Shown one piece after another: positions 8,075-17,193 of a DNA stretch of 28,778 nt. The DNA lies in the IMG/VR virus record IMGVR_UViG_3300030104_003227, positions 1-28,778 of that record; one strand, written 5' to 3'. Position 1 is the first letter of the stretch. Each line of letters begins with the position of its first letter. Below the pieces are notes generated by a model. That model saw only the letters and a list, made by a program, of their open reading frames with translations, made no database searches and was not told the DNA's origin. A program made the translations under genes and the position numbers. Source of the DNA: a virus (Duplodnaviria; Caudoviricetes).

Positions 8075-9561
8075 TATGAGAAATGCCTATTAAACTGATT
8101 AATTTTTTTAATTGGATTTGATGAGATTATAACCTCTGCCATCTCTCCCTCTTGACTACTATTAGCAACAACAGTTTTGCCACCATTATTTATTTTATTT
8201 TTAGGAATCTCAATAGGAACATTAACAACTTTACCTCCAGTAGGTCCTATTAAATTCATTTCATCTGGTTTAAATCTTCTTTTAAAGTTTTTTAAAAATT
8301 CTTCAGTACCCTCAATTTGCATAGCACTTGTATTGACATTAAATTTATCATGAAGAAGTACCTCAAGTTGTTGATAGTCAAAGTTTTCACCACTAGACCT
8401 TCTATCGTTGTTGTGAAGTTCTACAAATAATGTTTTTGCTTCCTCTTTGGATAGTCCATCAAGACCATATCCTGGTGGACTGAATCTTGCTGTTGTACCA
8501 AATTTTGAATACACATTCATCTTTTTCTTTGGTTTATTTTCTACTACCTCAGTATTAGTATTAGTGCCGACAAAATTAACTCCTCCATTATTATCTGCAG
8601 TAACAACTGATTCTTCTTTCTTAATGTTCGTATCACCAAGAGATTCAACTTCTGTATTTACACTTAGAGTTTCATCTAGATTTGTATTATCACTATCACC
8701 AAACTCATTAGTACCAAAAAATTCAGAAGGAGACATGCTATTTCTATCAATTTGATTATTAATAGTTTGAAAATCATCTGAACTTTCATCTGATGGTTCA
8801 TATATCTCATTAACTTTTTTCTGATATTGACCTGGTGTTATTTCTCCACTATCTCTTTGTTCTTGTAACTGTTGTATTTGCGTTGATCTATCATTAGATT
8901 CTTCAACAACATCTGTTTGTGATGATGGTAATCCCTCAACGGATTCTCTGCCTTCTTTTTCTGCCTTCTCTATATCTTTTTTAAGTCTCTCTTGATCTTT
9001 TTGCCAATCCTTATTCAAAGATTGAGCAGTTTTATTCAACTCATCCATCTTCTTTTCAACCTCGTCTTTCTGTCTCTCAAATCCAAACTGTTTTCTTATA
9101 CCAGATATCCAATCTTTAACTGTTGATATAACTACCTTACTAACTCCTCTTACTTTATCAATAAAATTCTCTACCCAGTCTTTTACATTTTTTAACCACT
9201 CAACAACTTTTTGTATTTCTTCAATAAGTTTTGGTAAATTAGTAACAAGAAATCCAACCAACAGGGCAGCAGCAGCACCAAATAATCTCTCCATGAAAGA
9301 TTTACCTGCAGCAGCAACAGCTGTCACTCCTTTCCCTATAAAACTTTTCTTTTTCTTCGATTCTATCATTTTCTCCGAATCTTCCTTCTTTTTCTTCGCA
9401 AACATTCTTCGGAGAAATCCTTGTTTTTTTGTAGTTGCTTTTTTATCTCTCTTAACTTCCTTACCTAAAGCTTTACGAATACCTTGAGTGGTTTCTCTGA
9501 TAGCAAGAATACCAACCCCAATTTCTAATATATCATCCTTAGTAGGCATTAAATTTGCCAT
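8074..9561 (-). CDS. Tape-measure-like / hub-associated helical protein
   Basis: Basic N-terminus, hydrophobic segment (FGAAAALLVGFLVTNL), long amphipathic/coiled-coil region; in tail operon. Confidence 0.5.
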   Translation of the reverse strand: MANLMPTKDDILEIGVGILAIRETTQGIRKALGKEVKRDKKATTKKQGFLRRMFAKKKKEDSEKMIESKKKKSFIGKGVTAVAAAGKSFMERLFGAAAALLVGFLVTNLPKLIEEIQKVVEWLKNVKDWVENFIDKVRGVSKVVISTVKDWISGIRKQFGFERQKDEVEKKMDELNKTAQSLNKDWQKDQERLKKDIEKAEKEGRESVEGLPSSQTDVVEESNDRSTQIQQLQEQRDSGEITPGQYQKKVNEIYEPSDESSDDFQTINNQIDRNSMSPSEFFGTNEFGDSDNTNLDETLSVNTEVESLGDTNIKKEESVVTADNNGGVNFVGTNTNTEVVENKPKKKMNVYSKFGTTARFSPPGYGLDGLSKEEAKTLFVELHNNDRRSSGENFDYQQLEVLLHDKFNVNTSAMQIEGTEEFLKNFKRRFKPDEMNLIGPTGGKVVNVPIEIPKNKINNGGKTVVANSSQEGEMAEVIISSNPIKKINQFNRHFS

Positions 9562-11321
9562 TAGTCAAACACCCCATAATTAAATGAAGCCAAATCTGTA
9601 TAGAAATTATCAAGATCTTTTATATGGAAAGATGGTAAATCTGTAGAAGCACTAAAACTAGTAGTGGTTATATCAGAAACAACTTCACTATCATCCATAC
9701 TAACATCAAATGGAACTATGCTTATCTTATCACTAAAAGAGTCATAACTAGAAAGATCATTTGATAATGCTAAATTTGAATTTGCAAAAGCATCGGCAGA
9801 TCCACTAAAATCTATTGCAGAATTATTGTTATTTTTAGATAAAGAAGCAGTGTTTGCTGGTTTAAAAGTTAAATTAGGATCAAACTTGTTTAAATCTTCT
9901 TTTAGATCAGTATTAAATGTTCCTAAACTATTGAAATACTGGATAGCTTTTCCATCTCTAAGTCCTGATACACCTTCTTTCATTTGATCACCAGTCAAGA
10001 TAGGACCTGGTTTTACAAATTTTCCCCACCAATCAGATCTATAAAGTAAATCGGGTATGTTGTTTTTCAACATGATCAAATCCAGTAAGTTTTTACCATC
10101 ATTTGTCATCTCTTTTCTTAAACCTTTAACTGAATCCAAATATTCAATCATCTTTGCCTTATGCATTGATTGTTGATCCATTAAAGAATTAATTGTAGTT
10201 TGTATATTTTCTGGTAATTCATCAAGAGTTGTCTTACCATCAAATAATGTTGTTATTTCTCTTGCTAATGCGAAAAACTTAGCCCACTCACCTCTAAACT
10301 TGTCAATAAGTTCTGGTATATCTTTCATTAACTTAGCATCTTCTTCTTTCATCTTTGAAGGATCAAATTTATCAAATTCACCTCTATAAGATTTTTTAAG
10401 ATCATCTTCCATTTCAAGATACTCAGATCCTTTAAAAGAAAAATATAATTTAGCTTTGTTTAGTCCACCATTTTTGTTAAGTAATTGAGGATTATCTTTT
10501 AGAAACTGAGACATCTTTTCTTTTTGTTCTCCTTGCCATTGTTCTATACCAACCTCACTAATTCTCGTAATCGAATCTTGTGTCATCTCATTATAAGATC
10601 CAACACCATCCGCATTGGCACCAAATTCTCCTCTAAGCATTTTGTAAAGCATTGTTCCTGTATATGTCAATGCTACAGCAGCAATAATTCCTAACCAAAC
10701 ATAAGGATTACCTAGCATTGCTAAAATACCACTGAATGCTCCACCAACACCAAGACTACCTATCATACTACCTATTGCACCAGAAATAAGAGGTAATCCC
10801 ACATTTATAGCGAGAAATATTCCTGCAGCTGCACCTAAAATTAATTTGATATCTTTTTCTAATTGTTTAAGAATACTTTTATCCCCATCCATCCATGCTT
10901 CTATACCTTGTAGACCTTTCATAGCAATCGTACCTATACCCAATACACCAAGCACTTTGATCAATCTGTCAAAGATACCCATTGTGGAAGTCTTTATCTT
11001 TTCTATTGGTTTAAGTACTGCATTATTCAAAATTCCCTCAAGAGCTTTTTCTGCTCCAGATTTTTTTCTTTCATCCTCATCTTTTTGCTGTTGTTTTATA
11101 TCTGCATCATCTTCTTTTTTCTCATTCAATGCTTGTGCTTTCAGTAAATCAGCAATTGTCCCTAAATTTTTATGAATTGCAAAAATATTTTTACTAAGTC
11201 CTACAAATGCTTTTGACGATCTTGTACCCTCAGAATTTCCAGCAAGATCCCTATCAGTAGATGCTCGTTGTCGATCAGTTCTACTAGATTTTGGAAATAC
11301 TCTCTTAGGATCTAATGCCAT
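9561..11321 (-). CDS. Tape-measure-like protein (gp29-like position)
   Basis: Charged coil followed by several Gly-rich hydrophobic segments; immediately after gp51, TAATG-coupled. Confidence 0.5.
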   Translation of the reverse strand: MALDPKRVFPKSSRTDRQRASTDRDLAGNSEGTRSSKAFVGLSKNIFAIHKNLGTIADLLKAQALNEKKEDDADIKQQQKDEDERKKSGAEKALEGILNNAVLKPIEKIKTSTMGIFDRLIKVLGVLGIGTIAMKGLQGIEAWMDGDKSILKQLEKDIKLILGAAAGIFLAINVGLPLISGAIGSMIGSLGVGGAFSGILAMLGNPYVWLGIIAAVALTYTGTMLYKMLRGEFGANADGVGSYNEMTQDSITRISEVGIEQWQGEQKEKMSQFLKDNPQLLNKNGGLNKAKLYFSFKGSEYLEMEDDLKKSYRGEFDKFDPSKMKEEDAKLMKDIPELIDKFRGEWAKFFALAREITTLFDGKTTLDELPENIQTTINSLMDQQSMHKAKMIEYLDSVKGLRKEMTNDGKNLLDLIMLKNNIPDLLYRSDWWGKFVKPGPILTGDQMKEGVSGLRDGKAIQYFNSLGTFNTDLKEDLNKFDPNLTFKPANTASLSKNNNNSAIDFSGSADAFANSNLALSNDLSSYDSFSDKISIVPFDVSMDDSEVVSDITTTSFSASTDLPSFHIKDLDNFYTDLASFNYGVFD

Positions 11322-11497
11322 TAACCCTTAGCTTGTTGATTTTTTAGATTCTCTTCTTCAATGTATTGTTGGAGGAGACTAATGTATATATCTCGCTCCC
11401 AAGGAATCATGTTTTCAATATCACTCAAACTATATTTATGATGCTGCATCAAGGCGAAATTAATCTTGTAATACGCCACGATGTCTTGGTGCAGCAT
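11321..11497 (-). CDS. gp51: Baseplate hub assembly catalyst gp51 (short form, 58 aa)
   Basis: Not in track. MLHQDIVAYYKINFALMQHHKYSLSDIENMIPWERDIYISLLQQYIEEENLKNQQAKG*; the HHKYSL..IENMIPWER signature. Confidence 0.9.
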   Translation of the reverse strand: MLHQDIVAYYKINFALMQHHKYSLSDIENMIPWERDIYISLLQQYIEEENLKNQQAKG

Positions 11498-11499
11498 CC

Positions 11500-12213
11500 C
11501 TAACTGAAAAAAGCGGCTAAACCCTCCAACTTCACATCACTTTCTATACCTGTTTTAGGATTGACAATAGTAATAGTATGCTCTAGTTTAGGCATAGTAT
11601 TAAAAAACTTTTCAACCTGCTTAAATGCATTTGATGGTAATGTCTCTACAAATGCCAACCATTCTTTTTTAGAATGATCTTTTGCAGACCATGTTTCCTC
11701 GTCTGTGAAAATCATCTCTATGCAAGAGGCAATGACATCAAATGAAGCAGTTACTTGATCACTTTCTCCAAAATTTTGATTAACAAACTCAGTAAGAGAA
11801 GGATATCTCATTCTAAGAGTCAAATTATCATCTAATTTAATGTCTCTATTATGCTCTGGATCAGTCTTAACTCCTATTTCATCAATACTTACTGTTACAG
11901 GAACTTTAGTATCACCATCATCGGGACAAGTTGCCATGACCTCAATAGTTTCACCAACAGATTTACCACGAACATGAAGAAACAGATATTCAATATCAAA
12001 TGTAGATAACTTATCTACTCTAATTCCACGAGTATTGATACATGCAGTTAGAACATCTTTAATTGCTCTACCAACTTGATCCATATTGTCACTTTCCATT
12101 GCCATAACAAGAACTTTTTCTTCTTTGACTAGGAAAGGTCTATATGTAATTTTTTTACCCGACGAAGGAATATTTAAAGTATAGGTCGGGGTAACAATTT
12201 TAGGTAATGGCAT
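11500..12213 (-). CDS. gp26: Baseplate hub subunit/chaperone gp26
   Basis: MPLPKIVTPTY, YRPFLVKEEK, FDIEYLFLHVRGKSVGE, FFNTMPKL, C-terminal LEGLAAFFS; start corrected to 12213. Confidence 0.92.
   Translation of the reverse strand: MPLPKIVTPTYTLNIPSSGKKITYRPFLVKEEKVLVMAMESDNMDQVGRAIKDVLTACINTRGIRVDKLSTFDIEYLFLHVRGKSVGETIEVMATCPDDGDTKVPVTVSIDEIGVKTDPEHNRDIKLDDNLTLRMRYPSLTEFVNQNFGESDQVTASFDVIASCIEMIFTDEETWSAKDHSKKEWLAFVETLPSNAFKQVEKFFNTMPKLEHTITIVNPKTGIESDVKLEGLAAFFS
11506..11527 (-). other. Candidate -1 ribosomal frameshift signal (gp26 to gp51)
   Basis: GGAGG (11527-11523), 10 nt, in-frame slippery heptamer T TTT TTC (11512-11506); the -1 frame reads TTT TTT CAG TTA GGG ATG into gp51. Confidence 0.6.
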
Positions 12214-12886
12214 CAGTATTTCCTCTAAGAACTCCACAGAAGTAAGCAACTGCAGATTTGAACGCATTACCATCCAATTCATCAAACATGAACATATTTA
12301 AACGAAATGCGTAATTTGCTTCAGTAACGATAGCAGATACTTGTGATTGTGTCACAGGCATTTTATTTAGTGTGGCACGATATGTGTCTTTAAACTCCTT
12401 TTTATTTTCTATGGCAGGAAACTTATAGAAGTCTAAACCACCATCATTTAACTTTAGAGCTTTCTCAGCAATATTTTTAAGAATCTGTCCACCAGATAGA
12501 TCTCCAAGATACCTTGTATAATGATGTCCTACGAGAAGTTCTGGTTCCTCATGAGCAACCTTTGCAATACGATCAATGTATTGTTGACATGCTTTTGAGG
12601 GATAAATGGTATCTCTCCAGTCAGCACCAAAGAAATATTCACAGTCTTTTGCCAATGCATCATGACGATAAAGTTCTTTGATATCTAAAGATCCAATAAG
12701 AGGATCATCTTTTAATCTTCTAACTTCTGCTTCTATTGTGTGGTATATAAAATAATAATTAGCAACAAGTTGTCTATACTTTTCTTTGTTTACTACACCA
12801 CGAAGAAAGGAAGAAACAAACTTAGTATTCTCTGCAGCAGAGTGAGATTGTTTAGTTCCTACTTTTAAATCTTTGGCAAGTCCCAT
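12200..12886 (-). CDS. ho1: Heme oxygenase
   Basis: LKVGTKQSHSAAEN (proximal His), HHYTRYLGDLSGGQIL, EANYAFRLN. Confidence 0.97.
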   Translation of the reverse strand: MGLAKDLKVGTKQSHSAAENTKFVSSFLRGVVNKEKYRQLVANYYFIYHTIEAEVRRLKDDPLIGSLDIKELYRHDALAKDCEYFFGADWRDTIYPSKACQQYIDRIAKVAHEEPELLVGHHYTRYLGDLSGGQILKNIAEKALKLNDGGLDFYKFPAIENKKEFKDTYRATLNKMPVTQSQVSAIVTEANYAFRLNMFMFDELDGNAFKSAVAYFCGVLRGNTDAIT

Positions 12887-12908
12887 ATAATTATAAGCAC
12901 TACCTTAT

Positions 12909-12917
12909 ATTATAACA
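12909..12917 (-). promoter_or_regulatory. Extended -10 promoter candidate for ho1
   Basis: TGTTATAAT about 22 nt upstream of the ho1 ATG; no good -35. Confidence 0.55.
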
Positions 12918-12921
12918 CATC

Positions 12922-13791
12922 TTAGGCAATATCACTATTATCCGATGCGAAAAGTGCCTTTTTCACCACAATAGAATCATTCTCTGTCCCATTCACAGTT
13001 ATATCACCATTTTTTAAACCTTTATATTCAACACCACCTGTGTTACCCTGAGTAACCAAATCGTCATTAGTAACACTACCTTTATTACCTACAGGATTAC
13101 TTGCATGATCTAAGAAATTCTTAGGATATGGGTTATTAGGATTACCATTATTTTGATTAGTCCTAGTGTCTTGTCTTCTAAGATTACCAAAGAAGTATCT
13201 ATCATAAGAAAATGAAACTGATATTTCTAAAATTTGACTTGTATCGTAATTAACTGCAACAGGAGTGATATTAACTGGAAATGAATTCAAAAAAGTATAT
13301 TCTACACTATTACCATGATTTTTATCAAATTTCTTTAAATTTAGAGTATCACATTTATATTCTGCAGGATATTGCATCCTATGATAGTATGCTTTTCTAC
13401 TTCTACTAGCACTTGCTCCACTTGATATAAATTCTTGCCATAGTTCAAAGAACCTAAGCACTCTATAATCATCATCAACTATAAAAGTAAATGATGTGTC
13501 GGTATATATTCTTGTATGAGCATACTTTTGATTGATACCCATATAGTTTCCATTAACCTGAGCTGTAGCATATGCAGTTCCTGGCAACGATGCAGATCTG
13601 CATAGTAAACCTAAATCTCTGAAAACAAATGCATTATCTATAGTATCATCACTTTTTGTCTTGATATATGTCAACAATTGCCAAGGCAATGCTGGAAATG
13701 ACAACTCATAATGACTAGTCGTTGCTACTTTCGTAAACAACGGTAAGATATCAGAAGTTCTTCTTAATCTTGGTGATCCGTCTCTTGACAC
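12922..13791 (-). CDS. Tail-tube-fold protein (gp19/gp54-like baseplate-tube junction)
   Basis: LLCRSASLPG, SFTFIVDDDYRVLRFFELWQEFI, YTFLNSFPVNITPV, ISVSFSYDRY; divergent from gp4. Confidence 0.7.
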   Translation of the reverse strand: MSRDGSPRLRRTSDILPLFTKVATTSHYELSFPALPWQLLTYIKTKSDDTIDNAFVFRDLGLLCRSASLPGTAYATAQVNGNYMGINQKYAHTRIYTDTSFTFIVDDDYRVLRFFELWQEFISSGASASRSRKAYYHRMQYPAEYKCDTLNLKKFDKNHGNSVEYTFLNSFPVNITPVAVNYDTSQILEISVSFSYDRYFFGNLRRQDTRTNQNNGNPNNPYPKNFLDHASNPVGNKGSVTNDDLVTQGNTGGVEYKGLKNGDITVNGTENDSIVVKKALFASDNSDIA

Positions 13792-13799
13792 AATAAATA
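13792..13799 (+). promoter_or_regulatory. T4-type late promoter for gp4
   Basis: AATAAATA 20 nt before the gp4 ATG, followed by GAGG RBS. Confidence 0.6.
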
Positions 13800-13819
13800 C
13801 CTAAAGAGGTTATAGTAAG

Positions 13820-14254
13820 ATGGCTTATTCAGGTAAGTTCAGACCTATTAATATTGAAAAGTATAGAGGGAACCATCTAAACATTATTTATCGTAGTTTG
13901 TGGGAACGCAAGTTTATGAAGTACTGTGATAAGAATCCTAACATACTAGAATGGGGTAGTGAAGAGATAATTATCCCATATCGTAGTCCTTTGGATAATC
14001 GTATTCACAGGTATTTTCCAGATTTCTATATTAAGGTTCGTGAGAACAGTGGTCAAGTTAAGAAGTATATCATAGAGGTAAAACCAAAGAAACAATGTAT
14101 AGAACCACAAGTTAAGAAAAGAAAAACTAAGGCATATGTCCGTGAAGTATTTGAATACGCTAAGAATCAGGCAAAATGGAAAGCAGCAAAAGATTATTGT
14201 CTTGATAGAAGTTTAACTTTTAAAATTTTAACAGAGGATCATTTAGGGGTATGA
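13820..14254 (+). CDS. gp4: Head completion nuclease gp4
   Basis: MAYSGKFRP, YRSLWERKFM, WGSEE, HRYFPDF, IEVKP, NQAKWKAA. Confidence 0.95.
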   Translation: MAYSGKFRPINIEKYRGNHLNIIYRSLWERKFMKYCDKNPNILEWGSEEIIIPYRSPLDNRIHRYFPDFYIKVRENSGQVKKYIIEVKPKKQCIEPQVKKRKTKAYVREVFEYAKNQAKWKAAKDYCLDRSLTFKILTEDHLGV

Positions 14255-14598
14255 GCAGACTACAACCTATAATTGATGAGATGGATGGTTTAGAAGCACC
14301 AGATGATCTCATGTTAAAAATTACAGAAGTATTAACAGATATAGAAATTATCCCCGAACCAGGAAATTATTATACTTTCATATACAGAGCAAAAACACCC
14401 AACATTAGATATGATGAATTTCCTCTAATAGCCTGTACTGAAGTGCAAAGATGGGGATTCAAGGGATTTAATTTTCACTGGGGTACAATGAGAAATTATA
14501 CTTGGGAAGAGGTTTTGGGACAAATGCATGTCGTTTTATCTAATGAAATTGCAGATGCTAGGTCTATACCTTATGCTAAATTTAGAATGTCGCTATAA
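14251..14598 (+). CDS. DNA end protector gp2-like protein (short)
   Basis: YTFIYRAKTP..YDEFPLI, GFKGFNFHW; ATGA-coupled after gp4. Confidence 0.6.
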   Translation: MSRLQPIIDEMDGLEAPDDLMLKITEVLTDIEIIPEPGNYYTFIYRAKTPNIRYDEFPLIACTEVQRWGFKGFNFHWGTMRNYTWEEVLGQMHVVLSNEIADARSIPYAKFRMSL

Positions 14599-14601
14599 AT
14601 A
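14594..14601 (+). promoter_or_regulatory. T4 late promoter
   Basis: Exact TATAAATA upstream of the ORF at 14625. Confidence 0.75.
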
Positions 14602-14624
14602 AAAAAAATTAAATATTTGACCTT

Positions 14625-14924
14625 ATGCTTTCCACTCAATATCGTTTGAGGTTGGCAGCAATCTGTAAAGATATCGCTGCAGGAACCGATGTTAGTCTAG
14701 ATGACATGATCTGGGCAGAAAAATTATCCAAAGCAAATACGAGTGCAAGAGGTATGTTAAAACAAGCAAGAAGGTTGAGCACAAATCCAAATGATTCTTT
14801 TCTCAATAACTTGAATATAGGAGACCCCGATTCAAGTAATCACCGTAGGGGTTTCGGGTCACCAGATGAGATCGTAGATTGGTTCCACCAAGAGAGATCA
14901 GACGACTGGCGACAAAGAGACTAA
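14625..14924 (+). CDS. Conserved cyanophage hypothetical protein (LDDMIWAEKL family)
   Basis: 99 aa ORF behind a late promoter; paralog at 22774-22941. Confidence 0.75.
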   Translation: MLSTQYRLRLAAICKDIAAGTDVSLDDMIWAEKLSKANTSARGMLKQARRLSTNPNDSFLNNLNIGDPDSSNHRRGFGSPDEIVDWFHQERSDDWRQRD

Positions 14925-14951
14925 ATAGATAAGTAGAAAATAGTATTTCTC

Positions 14952-15935
14952 GTGCCTTTAGGTTTAGTAAAAAAAGGATTAAAGTTTGGTAAGAATGCCT
15001 TGATGAATGGTTTGTCCACTCCATCAGGTAGTTCTGGTACAGGCAATAGTTACATACTCAGATATCCATATGATATTATGGATGCTGAGACAGACTACTT
15101 TTTAATAGAAGCACTAGAATATAAAGGAGGTGGAACTCCTAATCTTTCGGGTGGTGCTGGAGCATTTCAGAAACTTAAAGCTGCTAAGTCAGAAAGAAAT
15201 TTTATTCTTCCTGTGCCTAATGGAATAGGATCAAAGAATAATATCGGTTGGCAAGGTGGAAATATGAATGCATTAACAGGAATTGCTGCTGGTGCTGTTG
15301 ATCAATTTTTAACTCCAAAAAAACTTGAAGGTAATGAGAGTATATTTAAAACTTTTGTAGAAGGTGGCAGAAATGCTGGATCATACATAAACGATCAAGT
15401 ATCTAATGCTGGTTCTGATACAACTCGCATAAGAGAATTTGTAAAAGCAAAAGCAGCATCTGCGGTAATAAATGCAGCATCAGGTAGTAATATCAATGCC
15501 AATCAAATAATGGCAAGGCAGTCAGGTCAAATAATAAATCAAAACTTAGAACTACTCTTTAATAGTGTATCATTGAGACCTTTTGGATTTAGATGGGATA
15601 TATCTCCTAGAGATAAAACAGAATCAAAAATAGTCAAAGAGATGTTTATGCAATTAAAAATGCGTTCCGCACCTAAGAGAGTCAAAGGTGATATGGCATT
15701 TCTTAAGAGTCCTGATGTTTTTAGAATTTCTTATAGAAAGGGAGGTGGTGTACATCCCTTCTTAAATAAATTTAAAATATGTGCTCTAACCTCTGTAGGA
15801 GTTAATTATACTGGATCTGGTCAATACTCAACATATGATGATGGCACACCAGTTCACATGAATTTGGATTTAGCATTTACTGAATTGGAACCAATATACA
15901 GAGAAGATTACGAAGAGTCTTTCATCGATTTCTAA
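14952..15935 (+). CDS. gp48: Baseplate tail-tube cap gp48
   Basis: LRYPYD, INQNLELLFNSVSLRPFGF, FLKSPDVFRISY, LNKFKICALTSVGVNYT, LAFTELEPI; CTAAATA at 14921. Confidence 0.88.
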   Translation: MPLGLVKKGLKFGKNALMNGLSTPSGSSGTGNSYILRYPYDIMDAETDYFLIEALEYKGGGTPNLSGGAGAFQKLKAAKSERNFILPVPNGIGSKNNIGWQGGNMNALTGIAAGAVDQFLTPKKLEGNESIFKTFVEGGRNAGSYINDQVSNAGSDTTRIREFVKAKAASAVINAASGSNINANQIMARQSGQIINQNLELLFNSVSLRPFGFRWDISPRDKTESKIVKEMFMQLKMRSAPKRVKGDMAFLKSPDVFRISYRKGGGVHPFLNKFKICALTSVGVNYTGSGQYSTYDDGTPVHMNLDLAFTELEPIYREDYEESFIDF

Positions 15936-16579
15936 TGGCAATAACTTACTTCAATCTATTACCCAACTTCAAATACCTCAGTCCACTAAAAGAGGGTGGA
16001 AAGAGGGATCAATATATTGAGGTTAAGAATCTTTTTAAAAGAATAAGACTCAAAAGTGAGGTATTTCAGTTTGCTTTAAGTTTTAATGATTATATTATAG
16101 ATGATGGAGAGAGACCTGATATAATAGCAGAAAATTTATATGGAAGTCCAAATTATGACTGGGTAGTTTTACTATCTGCTAATATTATTAATGTAGAAAA
16201 TGAATGGCCAATATCAGAGGGTCTTCTATGGGATGTTGCGTATGAGAAGTATGGAGAAAACTTAAATGCAGTTCACCACTACGAAACTAAGGAAGTTAAA
16301 GATAGTGAAGGTAGATTGATACTACCTGGCAAATTAGTAGTAGACTCAGATTTTACCATCCAAGATCCAAACAATTTTAATTTAACAATCAATCCAACTT
16401 GTTCTATAAGCAATTGGTTAGTAGAAACAAGAAAAAACAATGAAAAACGAGCGATTAGGGTAGTCAAAAGAGAATACCTTACTACACTCGTTAATGATAC
16501 TAAGAATTTAATGCAATATCAAAGTTCGTCTCAGTTCAATACTAAGACTGGTAAAGTTGCTTCTAGTAATATTGCTTAA
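15935..16579 (+). CDS. gp53: Baseplate wedge subunit gp53
   Basis: YFNLLPN, VKNLFKR, GERPDIIAENLYGSPNYDWVVLLSANI, HHYET, NNEKRAI. Confidence 0.92.
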   Translation: MAITYFNLLPNFKYLSPLKEGGKRDQYIEVKNLFKRIRLKSEVFQFALSFNDYIIDDGERPDIIAENLYGSPNYDWVVLLSANIINVENEWPISEGLLWDVAYEKYGENLNAVHHYETKEVKDSEGRLILPGKLVVDSDFTIQDPNNFNLTINPTCSISNWLVETRKNNEKRAIRVVKREYLTTLVNDTKNLMQYQSSSQFNTKTGKVASSNIA

Positions 16580-16980
16580 AGTAGAGATTCTAAGTCAGCA
16601 ACTGTAGTCGCTGATGAAATACTTGAATAGGGAACTGCAGGGTTAGATTTAAGTGATGCAGACTCTCCCTTCATGTCTGCTATAGTTTTTATATCTGTGT
16701 TTTCTTTTGCTATAGCAATATATTTTGCTTCTAATTCTTCTTGACATAAAGTTTTAGCAGATGCTATATCTACCTCTACTGATTTTGAACTATGATTATA
16801 CTTCCATGCATTTCTCCAATGGTTTGAAGGTAAAGAACTATTATCTACCAATGAATATTCACTAGCACTAATATCTTTTGCGATGATGTCTTGGTCAGAC
16901 AGCATGCATTGTTCTGACGGAATAACTACACGACAGAAACCATCAGATCCATTGTAGACAATTACTTTATCTCTTGCCAT
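16576..16980 (-). CDS. Hypothetical protein, possibly tail-fibre-associated
   Basis: IIAKD...LPSNHWRNAW...ATTVADL pattern resembles small fibre-associated phage proteins; function uncertain. Confidence 0.55.
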   Translation of the reverse strand: MARDKVIVYNGSDGFCRVVIPSEQCMLSDQDIIAKDISASEYSLVDNSSLPSNHWRNAWKYNHSSKSVEVDIASAKTLCQEELEAKYIAIAKENTDIKTIADMKGESASLKSNPAVPYSSISSATTVADLESLL

Positions 16981-16982
16981 GA

Positions 16983-17141
16983 TTAGTCAGTCAAGGTAGA
17001 TGCTACTATACTTGTTGCGTCTGGAAATAAATGCAGTACTCTAGATTTCGCCTTTGTATCATCCTCTGCATACATTTCTATTTTTCTAGTGTCAGAACCT
17101 ACATTGAAGGTTACTGCATACCTATTTGCGGAATAAGCCAT
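16983..17141 (-). CDS. Small hypothetical protein, 52 aa
   Basis: Not in track. MAYSANRYAVTFNVGSDTRKIEMYAEDDTKAKSRVLHLFPDATSIVASTLTD*; fills the gap exactly and ends 2 nt before the next ATG. Confidence 0.65.
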   Translation of the reverse strand: MAYSANRYAVTFNVGSDTRKIEMYAEDDTKAKSRVLHLFPDATSIVASTLTD

Positions 17142-17154
17142 TAAATTAATCGTT

Positions 17155-17186
17155 AAAACAAAAAAGGAGAGGTTATCCTCTCCTTT
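17155..17186 (-). terminator. Rho-independent terminator after gp32
   Basis: GGAGAGG-ATAA-CCTCTCC followed by TTTTTTGTTTT. Confidence 0.85.
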
Positions 17187-17193
17187 ATTTATA
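17186..17193 (-). promoter_or_regulatory. T4 late promoter abutting the terminator
   Basis: Exact TATAAATA between the gp32 stop and the hairpin. Confidence 0.75.

Noticed and set aside
12213-12285. N-terminal extension of gp26 in the ORF track
   Set aside because: It lies inside ho1; the family starts at MPLPK (12213).
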